In this document: piece after piece, positions 9,850-20,042 of the stretch | Position numbering within the stretch: the stretch's first letter is position 1 | How the letters are laid out: the number at the start of each line of letters is the position of its first letter | From: Thermoplasmatota archaeon | Lineage (GTDB): Archaea > Thermoplasmatota > Thermoplasmata > Halarchaeoplasmatales > Halarchaeoplasmataceae | Length of the DNA stretch: 62,348 nt | Assembly (NCBI GenBank): GCA_018334755.1 | Contig: JAGXLI010000004.1 | Coordinates: 1-62,348 of the forward strand | Reading direction: 5' to 3' | Notes under the pieces: model-generated | The model's input: the letters and a program-made list of their open reading frames with translations, nothing else | Database searches by the model: none | What the model was told of the DNA's origin: nothing | Program-made: the position numbers and the translations under genes

Positions 9850-10422
9850 CTATATCAGGATGGGATGCCTGTATTTCATGTCGTCTACTTCTTCATCGAG
9901 ATCTTCCATCAACACCGAGACCAGCCCATCGAGAAAGATCATGGCTGAATCCTCGAAGATAGTGCCTAAGGGTGCAAGTTTTTGATCTTCCTCTTTGTCC
10001 TTGATATCCAGTATTATATTTATATCTCCGAACTCCGCTAGAGTCGAGTCCGGACTAGCGGTAACTACTATGATCTCGGCTTTTGGTACCCTATTTTCGA
10101 CGATCCTGGCCGCCTGGATTGCAGTTTGAGTCTCTCCAGTCTTAGATACGAGGAATACACAGTCACCGTCCTGGACTGCTGGGGTTATAGTTTCCCCTAT
10201 GAAAAAAGAATTCAGGCCGAGCTGCATGAGTCTCATGGCGAAAGTCCTACCGACCAATCCAGATCTTCCTGAGCCGTATATGAAGACGTGATCCGAAGAG
10301 GTCAGTATGTCCACCGCTCTGTTTATCTTATCTAGTTCTAGATCCTCTAGAGAATCATCGATCGTATCTAAGATGCAGTCGATACTTTCTTTCAATATCT
10401 TATTTTCAGTTTTCTTATTCAT
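9850..10422 (-). CDS. SIS-domain protein, 6-phospho-3-hexuloisomerase-like
   Basis: GSGRSGLV..FAMRLMQLG, GETITP, SKTGET, APLGTIFE, terminal RH. Confidence 0.85.
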   Translation of the reverse strand: MNKKTENKILKESIDCILDTIDDSLEDLELDKINRAVDILTSSDHVFIYGSGRSGLVGRTFAMRLMQLGLNSFFIGETITPAVQDGDCVFLVSKTGETQTAIQAARIVENRVPKAEIIVVTASPDSTLAEFGDINIILDIKDKEEDQKLAPLGTIFEDSAMIFLDGLVSVLMEDLDEEVDDMKYRHPILI

Positions 10423-11452
10423 CTTTATTCTCTCTTCTTAGTTCTTTTCCGATCTCTCTAGAATAGATACGTTCGAATATGACCTTCATGTACATGGCAT
10501 CGTGTTCTTTCAACGGGGAGGTCGAGATGATAGTGATATTATCTTCCGTTTTGATAAGGTAGTCCACCAGATCCTCAAAGTTTAGGTCTCCCCTCTTGAT
10601 AGGTGTCATCCTGCACTCCCCGGTCCTTCTTTTCTCCACCCCGGAGAAGTTGACGTAGTATTCGTCTTTAACGAAATTTTCGCATTTATGGAAGATCTCA
10701 GCGAAATCCTCTTCATCCTTCAGAGAATAATTACCTTCGGCCTTGATGTGAGCAAAATTGATAACTGGAACTGTCTCTGAGACCTGGCGGCAGATCTCGA
10801 GTATCTCGTCTAGATTACCGTAGACATCTTCACCTGTCTGGGTTTCTATACCTATCTTTATGTCTTTTTCGCATTTTTCAGTGATCCAATCTCTAAGTTC
10901 CCTTAAATTCTCAACCACTGCCTGCTCGATGTCATCTTTATCTTTTCCCTCTTCCTTCACTCCCAGATGGGTGACGATCGTGCCGGCATCTAGTATATCC
11001 GCCATGATCGCTCCGTACTTGAAATGGCGTCTTGATTTCTCTACCGCCTCGGTTCCAGTCTCTGTCAACTTTATATAATACGGGGTATGAAGGGACATCT
11101 TCACGTCCAATTCTTTACTCAATCTTGACAGTCTTTGGAATTTATAGAAATCCTCCGCAACTCCACCTGTTATGGAGTGGATCATATCTCCTCTCTTCAA
11201 TTCCTTCTCGAGGTCTTCGACGAATATCTCCTTGTAATCTCGTCCTCTATTCACCCCGATGATGAATTTTTCAGGCACGTTTTTTGCCTTCAGACCGATC
11301 TCTTCATCCTCCACCGGTCTGGTCCTAACTTTCGGGCGAAGGAACTGGACCTCAAAGGCGTTAAGCCCCAGCTTATGTACATCTTCGATCCCGTCTTCTA
11401 GGGTTCTGCCTTTGCAGGAAAGTGGGATACCGCTCGGACCGAATCTGATCAT
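10415..11452 (-). CDS. Endonuclease IV-like TIM-barrel protein (divergent metal ligands)
   Basis: IRFGPSGIP, GLNAFEVQF, SLHTPYY, VTHLG, IGIETQ, INFAHI. Confidence 0.75.
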   Translation of the reverse strand: MIRFGPSGIPLSCKGRTLEDGIEDVHKLGLNAFEVQFLRPKVRTRPVEDEEIGLKAKNVPEKFIIGVNRGRDYKEIFVEDLEKELKRGDMIHSITGGVAEDFYKFQRLSRLSKELDVKMSLHTPYYIKLTETGTEAVEKSRRHFKYGAIMADILDAGTIVTHLGVKEEGKDKDDIEQAVVENLRELRDWITEKCEKDIKIGIETQTGEDVYGNLDEILEICRQVSETVPVINFAHIKAEGNYSLKDEEDFAEIFHKCENFVKDEYYVNFSGVEKRRTGECRMTPIKRGDLNFEDLVDYLIKTEDNITIISTSPLKEHDAMYMKVIFERIYSREIGKELRRENKDE

Positions 11453-11569
11453 CCTTTTGGTTCCTCCCGTTCAAAACTCATCATGCCCCACCAGATTGCG
11501 AACTGCCATATTTAAATTTAATCATTGACGACTAACGTGTATAGATTCCATATCCAATCTTTCCATACT

Positions 11570-11583
11570 AAAAGGTTTATATA
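11570..11583 (+). promoter_or_regulatory. Putative BRE/TATA promoter of the large surface protein gene
   Basis: aaaagg-tttatata about 47 bp upstream of the start. Confidence 0.5.
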
Positions 11584-11629
11584 TGAAAAAGCCCATTTGG
11601 CCTTAAAGGATTATGTCTGACAGGTGAGA

Positions 11630-14506
11630 ATGATGAAAGGTAAAAAAATTGTAAATATGGTAGTGATAGCACTGCTGTTGATTTCTTTGTTAACATTGTT
11701 GGTAACTCCGGCAGCTGCACAGAGCGGAGATATATACTCAACCGATAGAGAGGGAGAGAAACGATCTGAATTCCTGGTAGACCAGGAGATAAATTTTAGA
11801 GTATTTGCAGACCCTGGGACCGAATACCGGGTCAGGTTGATGGATGAAAACGACGAGACTGTAGATCAGATAGTCATTACAACCGACCAGGACGGCGTCT
11901 TTAGAAGTGCCGAAGATCCCACTACCTTCTTTCAACATGACGTGGTGGGAAATTATTATCTCGAACTTTACCATACTGGTGAAGGAGCAGTAGTTGACAC
12001 TAAGGACATACTGATCTATGAAGAACAGATCTTTACTCAGCAATCTAGAGTTGACACTTACGAGACAAGCGAGCGGGAGAACCCTGATTATTCTAATTTC
12101 GATGAGAGTGAGACCGTTTACTTCACGGCTAAAGTAAGAGATCAACATGGGCATCCTCCCGAAGCACAGATGGTCGTCAATATCCGTGTCGAGAAAGGGG
12201 GAGAAACGGTGAGAAACCTCGGCAATTATAATCTCGACGGGAACGGTAATGTGGAGGATAACTTCGGAGCCTGGGAATTAGGCGAACCTGGAGACTATTC
12301 ACTAGTGATATACAGCCAGCAGGGTGGAGAAAGAGAAGAATATGGCAGCGGTACCTTCACGGTAGTAGGCGTGGAGATATTCATCGATCAGGAATATACC
12401 CAGGGACAGACTATGGAGATACGGATCGAAAGTAATTATGAAAAGGAAGTGGACATAAGTATTCAGAATTCAACCCAAGATCCTTATAGAATCATGGATG
12501 GAGCCGAATGGACCGATCAGGAATTCACAGATCAGCTTTGGACGGAAGAATACACCATCCCAGAGGATGAAGTAGATGGTACTTATTACGTAGTGGTCAA
12601 AGCAGATGGGGATACATTGGGGGATCCAGAACCTTTCAAGTTGAAGAAATATTCTCTAGAGGCAACAACGGACAAACGGGCCTACCTCCCCGGCGAGAGC
12701 GTAGACGTGTATTATACGGTAGAGGAACAGATAGACGGTTCACGTGCCGAAGACCTTAACGTAGAATATAGGATCATGTATCAAGACCAGGATCTCGAGA
12801 TGAATGTGATCAGTGAAGATTTAGATACCTATGATGATCATTTCAGTTTTGAAATTCGAGATGACATCTATCTGCCAAGTTCTCTCAATATAGAACTCTG
12901 GGCTAACGGGACTGATGAAGACCATACAACGCACTGGAGCAGCAATGTCTGGGTTGGAGAATTAGTCGTAGATGATTTCAGTACCGACAAAGGAGAATAT
13001 CTGCAGGGTGAAACGATCTATGTAAGTGCTAGGACCATAGTCCAGGGCTCAGACGTAGGAGTAGAAGACGCAGACATCGAAGTCATACTCAAAAAGGAAG
13101 GAGAAGTTATAAATGATTATGATATAAATGACGCGACTGGGGACAACGGTGAAGTCGTAGTTCCCGTGTCAACTCCATCAAACAGCGCTGGAATCTACAC
13201 ACTCAATATGAGTGCGGAGAAAAACGATTTTATAAGTTATCCTGAAGAGAAGCAGGTCGAGATAAAGGAAGAGATCAATAATCTCAACGTCCATCTAGAT
13301 AGAGACCAACACAGTTATTCTCCAGGTGAGACCGTCGAAGTTAGTTATTCGGTCACTAAAGGAGGAGAACTCGTAGATGCCAATGTACAATATGAAGTTA
13401 CGGATGGGGCCATGAATTCAAATAGAGTTTACTTCAAGGGATTTGCCGAAGGAGGAACTATCGAATTCACCGTGCCCGACAATTTCGACCAAGATAAAAA
13501 GCTGTATCTGAAAGTCGATGCGAAAGTGGATCAAAAGACCACGGGTTCAGACCAGATGGAGATACCAATCTCCGAGATAGAACTTCTACTGAACGCCGAT
13601 AAAAACGAATACGAGGGCGGAGAGACGATCGGTTTCGAGTATGAGATAATCGGCGGTGATTCTACAAATACGGAGAGATACAAGATAATCGACGAGCTGG
13701 GCGACGTCTTAAAGACGGGGGAACCCGAAGGAAACGAATTTGAGTTCAACGTTCCAGAAGAACCCGCTTCCATGTATCGAGTCAAGATGGAAGTGGTCTC
13801 TTCAGGAAACATCCTGGTCGAGGAAGAACTGACGATTTATCAAAAATCGAGGATCCAGATCGAGATAAACATAGCCACGGAGTCCAGTTATACGACCGGT
13901 GTTTACGAACCCGGCCAGGAGTTAAAGGTCGACTACAAATTGAGGGCGGTCGGCGACGCTAAATTACCGGACAAGATAACACTCCAGTATGGCTTCTACT
14001 CCACTGGCAAGAACGGACAGATCCAGACCGACAGTCCGGAGGGGAGTTTCACTATAAACGCTCCCGAAGCATCCGAGGGGACCTACCATCTCTACGTGCA
14101 GTCACCAGCCACGGAGGGATATTCCTCTAATATTGAGCCGATCAAAGTAAAAGAAGATCCTTCAGCGATGAACCTTAAAACGGTCGCCGGCGTTTCCTTA
14201 CTCGGTCTTTTAGGTATCATAGTACTGGTGATAATATTATTGATAGGCGGGTACATGCTCTTCATGAAAGAAGGAGGAGAAGGACCGGACATCTTTAAAG
14301 GTCGGGAGAAGGAAAAAGAAGAAATGACTGAAGAGAAGGAAGAGCCGGCCGAGACCAGGAGAATAAGAGAAGAAGAAAGATCACCAAGAGAAGAGGCCCA
14401 CGGATGGAAAGGACCAGAAGAAAGTGAAGGGAGCGGGGAAGTCGAACAGATAGAGGAAACAGAGGAAAGTGACCAGATAGAGCCAGACGATGAAGATATA
14501 GAGTGA
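11630..14506 (+). CDS. Large secreted surface protein with macroglobulin(MG)-like Ig repeats, C-terminal TM and acidic cytoplasmic tail
   Basis: Signal peptide ending PAAA-Q; recurring (T/A)DK..Y..GE.V motif (TDKRAYLPGESV, TDKGEYLQGETI, DQHSYSPGETV, ADKNEYEGGETI, GVYEPGQEL); TM VSLLGLLGIIVLVIILLIGGYML. Confidence 0.7.
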   Translation: MMKGKKIVNMVVIALLLISLLTLLVTPAAAQSGDIYSTDREGEKRSEFLVDQEINFRVFADPGTEYRVRLMDENDETVDQIVITTDQDGVFRSAEDPTTFFQHDVVGNYYLELYHTGEGAVVDTKDILIYEEQIFTQQSRVDTYETSERENPDYSNFDESETVYFTAKVRDQHGHPPEAQMVVNIRVEKGGETVRNLGNYNLDGNGNVEDNFGAWELGEPGDYSLVIYSQQGGEREEYGSGTFTVVGVEIFIDQEYTQGQTMEIRIESNYEKEVDISIQNSTQDPYRIMDGAEWTDQEFTDQLWTEEYTIPEDEVDGTYYVVVKADGDTLGDPEPFKLKKYSLEATTDKRAYLPGESVDVYYTVEEQIDGSRAEDLNVEYRIMYQDQDLEMNVISEDLDTYDDHFSFEIRDDIYLPSSLNIELWANGTDEDHTTHWSSNVWVGELVVDDFSTDKGEYLQGETIYVSARTIVQGSDVGVEDADIEVILKKEGEVINDYDINDATGDNGEVVVPVSTPSNSAGIYTLNMSAEKNDFISYPEEKQVEIKEEINNLNVHLDRDQHSYSPGETVEVSYSVTKGGELVDANVQYEVTDGAMNSNRVYFKGFAEGGTIEFTVPDNFDQDKKLYLKVDAKVDQKTTGSDQMEIPISEIELLLNADKNEYEGGETIGFEYEIIGGDSTNTERYKIIDELGDVLKTGEPEGNEFEFNVPEEPASMYRVKMEVVSSGNILVEEELTIYQKSRIQIEINIATESSYTTGVYEPGQELKVDYKLRAVGDAKLPDKITLQYGFYSTGKNGQIQTDSPEGSFTINAPEASEGTYHLYVQSPATEGYSSNIEPIKVKEDPSAMNLKTVAGVSLLGLLGIIVLVIILLIGGYMLFMKEGGEGPDIFKGREKEKEEMTEEKEEPAETRRIREEERSPREEAHGWKGPEESEGSGEVEQIEETEESDQIEPDDEDIE

Positions 14507-14522
14507 ACCAACCCTTTTCTAA

Positions 14523-15074
14523 CTACCATCTTTCCTTTATTTTTTCAAGCTTTAGTATCTCAGCGCCAAATATAGATTCCATATAGTCCAAGGCCCTTTG
14601 ATGTTTTTCTTGGGAGAGGGCGGCAGTTCCGTCTTCGATTACAGTTATATCATACCCTCTATAGAAAGCTCCTGCAGCCGTATTTTGTATGCATATATCA
14701 GTGGTCACCCCGGTCAGGATCATTTCTTCTATGTCTCTTTCTTCCAGCACCTGCTCGAGGTCAGTTCTGTAAAATGAATCGTAAAACTTTTTCCGCAATC
14801 TTTCGTCCGCAAGCCCCTGAAGTTGAGGTACAGTTTCCGAACCCTCTTCTCCTTTCATAGCGTGTTGACCCCAGTGTGATATCTCCGGATCGTCTTCTTC
14901 GTGGTTATCTTGGATGAATATTCGAGGGATGCCCTTTTCTTCTGCATCTTCTAGGAATCTTTTCAGGTCCGGGACTATGTTCTCGGCGTTCTCACAGCCG
15001 AGCTTGCCGGTCACGAAATCATTTATCATATCTATAACAAGGATAGCTGTTTCGCCGATCTTATCACCGTTCAT
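14523..15074 (-). CDS. Isochorismatase-family cysteine hydrolase (nicotinamidase-like)
   Basis: VIDMINDF, D-x-H, WGQHA, KKFYDSF, GVTTDICI. Confidence 0.9.
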   Translation of the reverse strand: MNGDKIGETAILVIDMINDFVTGKLGCENAENIVPDLKRFLEDAEEKGIPRIFIQDNHEEDDPEISHWGQHAMKGEEGSETVPQLQGLADERLRKKFYDSFYRTDLEQVLEERDIEEMILTGVTTDICIQNTAAGAFYRGYDITVIEDGTAALSQEKHQRALDYMESIFGAEILKLEKIKERW

Positions 15075-15217
15075 AGTAAAATCAAAACTGCTATTTATTA
15101 TTTTCAATGACACATTTTCAGTACTTTTCCAATATACTTGGATTATTATGATAGTTCCTATATCGGAATATACATAAGTCGGTTATCATATTTGAGATTC
15201 CGTCGAGGTAAAGGAAT

Positions 15218-18200
15218 ATGAGCGAGGCTGGATTGACAAAAAATGCAGAGAACATCCTTGAGGAAAGGTACCTAAAGAGAGACGAGGAAGGGAACGTTGT
15301 TGAGACGCCGGACGAGATGTTCGAGAGAGTAGCAAGGACCATGGCAGAAGTAAATGAGGATTACGATGATGACAGGACCATGGAAAAGGAAAAGGAAGAA
15401 TTTTATGAGGCTTTATCAAGCTTAGATTTTATACCAAATTCTCCTACTTTGATGAACGCCGGTCTAGAATTAGGTCAGCTCAGTGCCTGCTTCGTCCTTT
15501 CACCCATGGATGATATGGACAGTATCTTCCAGCAGGTGAAGAACGCCGCCAAAATTTTCCAGTCCGGAGGAGGCGTGGGCTACACATTCTCTAGGATAAG
15601 ACCCTGCGGTGACAGGGTGAAATCGACCGGTGGAGTCGCCAGCGGCCCTGTCTCATTTATGAAGGTATACGACGAGATGTGCAATACGATCAAGCAGGGC
15701 GGAAAAAGACGCGGCGCCCAGATGGGAGTTCTCTCGGTTCAGCATCCAGATATAGAAAAATTCATCGAGGCAAAAGATGACGAGGAGGAACTCACCAACT
15801 TTAATATCTCGGTGGCTCTAACTGAAGAGTTCATGGATGCGGTCCATAACGGTGAAAATTACGATCTGATAAATCCTCGAAATGAAGAGAAGGAGGGCGA
15901 ACTCAACGCCGAAGAGATATACGATAAGATAGTGAGCCAGGCATGGAAGAACGGCGAACCGGGCATACTTTTCTTGGATAGAGTGAACGAAGACAACCCC
16001 TTCGATGTTGAGGAATATCCGGACCATTATATCGACGCAACTAACCCCTGCGTTACCGGCGACACATTGATAAGCACTAAAGAAGGCGTTTTCACTGCTG
16101 AAGAACTATGGGAGAACGAAAATGACCTAGACGTAGTAGTGGACGGGCGATTGAGTGAAGAAAAAATCAAAGAAGCATCTAATGTTTTCAAAACTGGCAC
16201 GAAAGATGTATTTAACTTAAAAACAAAGGAAGGATATGAGATAAGACTAACGGAAGATCATCGGGTGATGAGCTCCAATGGATGGAAAAAGGTCAAGGAT
16301 CTTAAAGCCGGTGAGAAACTAGATATAATCGATAGAGAAACTGAATTTGGTGAAGGGGGCTCTTTAGAAAAGGGACTGGTCTTGGGATGGATCGTAGGTG
16401 ATGGTCAGATCAAAGAGTCTGAAAACAGAGTTACTCTACACTTTTATGACAAAGACACTACCATCTCCGATAAATATGCTGAGAAAGTGAACCAAATAAT
16501 CCGTGAACCTAGAGGAAACGGCGATTATGAAGTAGGAGTACAAAAGATAGATAGAGGTGAAAACTCCGTCGAGGAAGAAAGGATCAGGTCAGCAAGACTG
16601 TACGAGATAACTAAAGAATACGGCCTCAATGAGAACAAATTGCAGGTGCCTAACGCTCTTTTCAAAAACGGTAGAGAAACAGCAAAAGGATTCATAAGAG
16701 GCCTTTTTACGGCGGACGGCAGCGTTCAAGGCAATGTAGAGAAGGGTGTTTCTGTGAGACTGTCTAGCTCAGAATTGAATCTATTGAAAGAAGTCCAACA
16801 ATTGCTTTTAGGTTTCGGCGTCAAAAGTAAAATCTACGAAGAAAGAAGAAAAGAAGGAGAAAGAGAACTTCCAGACGGTAAAGGGAACATGAAAAAGTAT
16901 CACGTGAAATCTCAACATGAGCTCGTGATAAGTAAAGATAACCTTAAGAGATTCAGAGATGAGATCGGATTCGTTAGAGATGATAAAAACGAGAAACTTG
17001 CTGCTCTGCTCAAGGAATATGAGATAGGACCTTACTCCGAAAAATCCCAAGTGAACGTAGATTCAATCGAATATGAGGGTCATGAAGATGTTTACGATCT
17101 CACTGAGCCTGAAACTAGTTCTTTCGTTGCAAATGGTTTTGTGGTCCACAACTGCGGTGAGCAGCCATTGGAGGACTTCGAAGCCTGCAACCTCGGCCAT
17201 ATCAACCTCGCTCACTGCGTCACGGACGGCGAGGTCGACTGGGATAAATTGGAAGACATCACGGACATGGCGGTACGATTTTTGGATAACGTTATAGACG
17301 CTTCAGACTTTCCCAACGTCATAGGATACGAGGGGGAAGAAGATGCGATAACAAAAAGGGTGAATGAGAACAGGAAGATAGGTCTAGGTGTTATGGGATG
17401 GCACCACATGCTCATGAAGTTAGGGATCCCCTATGATTGTGAAGAGTCGATAGAGAAGGCGGATGAAGTCATGAGTTTCATTCAGGAAAAAGGTAGAGAG
17501 GTCAGTAGAAGGATCGCAAAGAAGAGGGGAAAATTCCCGAATTGGAACGAGTCCGAGTTCGACGAACCTATGAGGAACGCAACAACAACGACGATAGCTC
17601 CCACAGGAACTACAAGTATGATCGCAAATGCCAGCGGGGGTATAGAGCCGATATTCGCGGTATCCTATATCAAGAATGTTCTCGAAGACGAGAGCATGGT
17701 TATGCCCGATCAAGTCTTCGAAGAGATGGCAAAAGATGGAGGCTTCTACAGCGATGAACTCATGGAAGATATCGCCGAAGTCGGCTCGATAGCAGATATC
17801 GAGGAAGTTCCAAAAGACATCAAACCCTTATTCAGAACCGCTTTAGAGATCTCTCCAGAGTGGCATATCCGGATGCAGGCCGCTTTCCAAGATCACGTAG
17901 ATAACGCGATCTCAAAAACGGTGAACTTCCCGAATGAGGCTTCAAAGGAAGACATAAAAGAGGTATACGACCTCGCCTACGACTTGAAGTGTAAAGGAGT
18001 CACGGTCTACAGGAGCGGCTCCCGGCAGGAACAGGTCATGGAAGTTGAAGGTGAGGAGAAAGAAGAGGAAGAAGAGGAGATAGAAAAAGTGCTCGAAAGA
18101 AGACCTCGGGAGAGGCCCTCCGCTATAGAAGGAACTACGCAAAAGATCAATACGGGCTATGGAGGTCTTTACGTCACGATAAACGAAGATGAATATGGCC

Positions 18201-18598
18201 TCTTCGAGGTGTTCTCACAGATAGGTAGAGCGGGAGGATTTACCCAGTCATTCACTGAATCGCTGGCTAGGATGATATCTCTCTGTCTGCGTTCCGGTAT
18301 CCCCCTCGAGGAGATCATCGAACAGCTTGAAGGTATAAGATCACCAGAGATAGCCTACGAGGAGGGAGAAAAGATATTATCGATCCCTGACGCCATGGCT
18401 AAAGCTCTAAAGTGGCATAAGAAAGGAAGGAAAACTGCCGAACAGAAACAACTCCCAACTGATGAAAACGAGGGGGCATCTTCGGTAAAAGAGATGGTCT
18501 CAAAGGGGATGAATCCGGCCTGCCCTGATTGCGGAGCCATGCTTACTCTAACCGAGGGGTGCAGGACCTGTCCGAACTGCGGATACAGCCAGTGTTAA
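15218..18598 (+). CDS. nrdJ: Adenosylcobalamin-dependent (class II) ribonucleotide reductase with intein, TSCPD domain and C-terminal Zn ribbon
   Basis: PNSPTLMNAG, LSACFV, QGGKRRGAQM, ATNP[intein]CGEQPL, TIAPTGT, AISKTVN, KGVTVYR, CPDC..EGCRTCPNCGYSQC. Confidence 0.95.
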   Translation: MSEAGLTKNAENILEERYLKRDEEGNVVETPDEMFERVARTMAEVNEDYDDDRTMEKEKEEFYEALSSLDFIPNSPTLMNAGLELGQLSACFVLSPMDDMDSIFQQVKNAAKIFQSGGGVGYTFSRIRPCGDRVKSTGGVASGPVSFMKVYDEMCNTIKQGGKRRGAQMGVLSVQHPDIEKFIEAKDDEEELTNFNISVALTEEFMDAVHNGENYDLINPRNEEKEGELNAEEIYDKIVSQAWKNGEPGILFLDRVNEDNPFDVEEYPDHYIDATNPCVTGDTLISTKEGVFTAEELWENENDLDVVVDGRLSEEKIKEASNVFKTGTKDVFNLKTKEGYEIRLTEDHRVMSSNGWKKVKDLKAGEKLDIIDRETEFGEGGSLEKGLVLGWIVGDGQIKESENRVTLHFYDKDTTISDKYAEKVNQIIREPRGNGDYEVGVQKIDRGENSVEEERIRSARLYEITKEYGLNENKLQVPNALFKNGRETAKGFIRGLFTADGSVQGNVEKGVSVRLSSSELNLLKEVQQLLLGFGVKSKIYEERRKEGERELPDGKGNMKKYHVKSQHELVISKDNLKRFRDEIGFVRDDKNEKLAALLKEYEIGPYSEKSQVNVDSIEYEGHEDVYDLTEPETSSFVANGFVVHNCGEQPLEDFEACNLGHINLAHCVTDGEVDWDKLEDITDMAVRFLDNVIDASDFPNVIGYEGEEDAITKRVNENRKIGLGVMGWHHMLMKLGIPYDCEESIEKADEVMSFIQEKGREVSRRIAKKRGKFPNWNESEFDEPMRNATTTTIAPTGTTSMIANASGGIEPIFAVSYIKNVLEDESMVMPDQVFEEMAKDGGFYSDELMEDIAEVGSIADIEEVPKDIKPLFRTALEISPEWHIRMQAAFQDHVDNAISKTVNFPNEASKEDIKEVYDLAYDLKCKGVTVYRSGSRQEQVMEVEGEEKEEEEEEIEKVLERRPRERPSAIEGTTQKINTGYGGLYVTINEDEYGLFEVFSQIGRAGGFTQSFTESLARMISLCLRSGIPLEEIIEQLEGIRSPEIAYEEGEKILSIPDAMAKALKWHKKGRKTAEQKQLPTDENEGASSVKEMVSKGMNPACPDCGAMLTLTEGCRTCPNCGYSQC
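16049..17152 (+). mobile_element. Intein (368 aa) with LAGLIDADG homing endonuclease in nrdJ, inserted just before the active-site Cys
   Basis: Starts CVTGDT, block B LTEDHRV, LAGLIDADG-like LGWIVGDG and RGLFTADG, ends VYDLT..FVANGFVVHN followed by the extein Cys. Confidence 0.95.
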
Positions 18599-18630
18599 GG
18601 AGAAAGAGCGAGGACGATGAATAGATATCA

Positions 18631-18652
18631 GATGCGAGATAAATATCGCGTC
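18631..18652. terminator. Possible stem-loop between nrdJ and the next gene
   Basis: gatgcga-N8-tcgcgtc inverted repeat (one G-U pair). Confidence 0.3.
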
Positions 18653-18713
18653 TCATCACCTCCATCCAAAAATTAGAAATACTCATCTAATATAGGATAA
18701 GTTGGTGGACGAT

Positions 18714-20042
18714 ATGGAAAAAGGAAAGAGAAGAGTTTTGATAATGGGCGCCGCTGGACGAGACTTTCACAATTTTAATACGGTCTTCAGGGACAATGAT
18801 AAGTATAAAGTCGTAGCGTTCACCGCCACCCAGATCCCTGATATAGAAGAGAGAAGATATCCCCCTTCTTTATCGGGGGAATTGTACCCTGACGGGATAC
18901 CGATCATCCCGGAAGAAAAATTGACAGATGTGGTGAAGGAAGAACGTATCGACGAAGTCGTCTTTTCCTACAGCGATGTTCCTCACGAATATGTTATGCA
19001 TAAAGGGTCAGAAGTGGTTGCGGCCGGCGCGGACTTCACTCTTTTAGGTGTAAATGAAACGATGTTGAAAGCTCGATTACCTGTCATCTCGGTGTGCGCC
19101 GTAAGGACTGGAGCTGGAAAGAGTCAGACCACCCGCAAGATATGTGAATATCTGAACGAAGATGATCTGAACCTCGTAACCGTAAGACATCCCATGCCTT
19201 ACGGGGACCTAGAAAAACAGGCGGTACAGAGATTTGCGGATTATGAAGATCTAGATATCCATGAATGTACTATAGAGGAAAGAGAAGAATATGAACCGTA
19301 CATAAACAAAGGGATGGTCATCTATGCAGGGGTGGATTATGGGGCGATACTTAGAGAGGCAGAAAAGGAAGGCGATATCCTGGTCTGGGATGGAGGTAAT
19401 AATGATACACCCTTCTATAGACCTGACCTTCACATCGTACTGTTAGATCCTCATAGGGTCGGCCATGAAACCACTTATCATCCCGGGGAGACCAACCTGA
19501 AGATGGCGGATATCTGTATAATTAATAAATGCGATACCGCCCCTGAAGAACAGATAAATCAGCTAGAAAAGAATATAGAAAAGGAAAACCCGGATGCGGA
19601 GATCCTAAGAGCAAATTCGCCTGTAACGGCAGAGGATCCGGATGCCATCAAAGGGAAAAAAGTACTGGTGATAGAAGATGGGCCTACGGTAACACATGGA
19701 GAGATGTCCTTCGGTGCGGGAAAACTAGCCGCTGAAAAATTTGGAGCTGGTGAGATCATAGATCCTCGAGATTCAGCCGTGGGAACGATACATGAGACGT
19801 TCGAGGAGTATCCACACCTTGAAGAAGTACTCCCGGCCATGGGCTATTCGAGTGACCAGATCTCGGATCTGGAACAGACCATCGAGGATTCGGATTGCGA
19901 GGTCGTTATCTCCGGAACCCCGATAGATTTGAACAGGGTACTGGAAACGGACAAGCCAGTGATAGACGTAACTTATGAGTTAGAGATCCAAAAAGAAGGA
20001 AGGTTGGAAGAGATCCTAGAGGGTTTCAAAAGTAACTACTAA
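18714..20042 (+). CDS. P-loop enzyme of the COG2403/cDPG-synthetase-like family, probably arginine synthetase (ArcE)-type
   Basis: IMGAAGRDFHNFN, AFTATQIP, AVRTGAGKS (P-loop), RHPMPYG, CTIEEREEYE, WDGGNND, EDGPT, LPAMGY. Confidence 0.75.
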   Translation: MEKGKRRVLIMGAAGRDFHNFNTVFRDNDKYKVVAFTATQIPDIEERRYPPSLSGELYPDGIPIIPEEKLTDVVKEERIDEVVFSYSDVPHEYVMHKGSEVVAAGADFTLLGVNETMLKARLPVISVCAVRTGAGKSQTTRKICEYLNEDDLNLVTVRHPMPYGDLEKQAVQRFADYEDLDIHECTIEEREEYEPYINKGMVIYAGVDYGAILREAEKEGDILVWDGGNNDTPFYRPDLHIVLLDPHRVGHETTYHPGETNLKMADICIINKCDTAPEEQINQLEKNIEKENPDAEILRANSPVTAEDPDAIKGKKVLVIEDGPTVTHGEMSFGAGKLAAEKFGAGEIIDPRDSAVGTIHETFEEYPHLEEVLPAMGYSSDQISDLEQTIEDSDCEVVISGTPIDLNRVLETDKPVIDVTYELEIQKEGRLEEILEGFKSNY

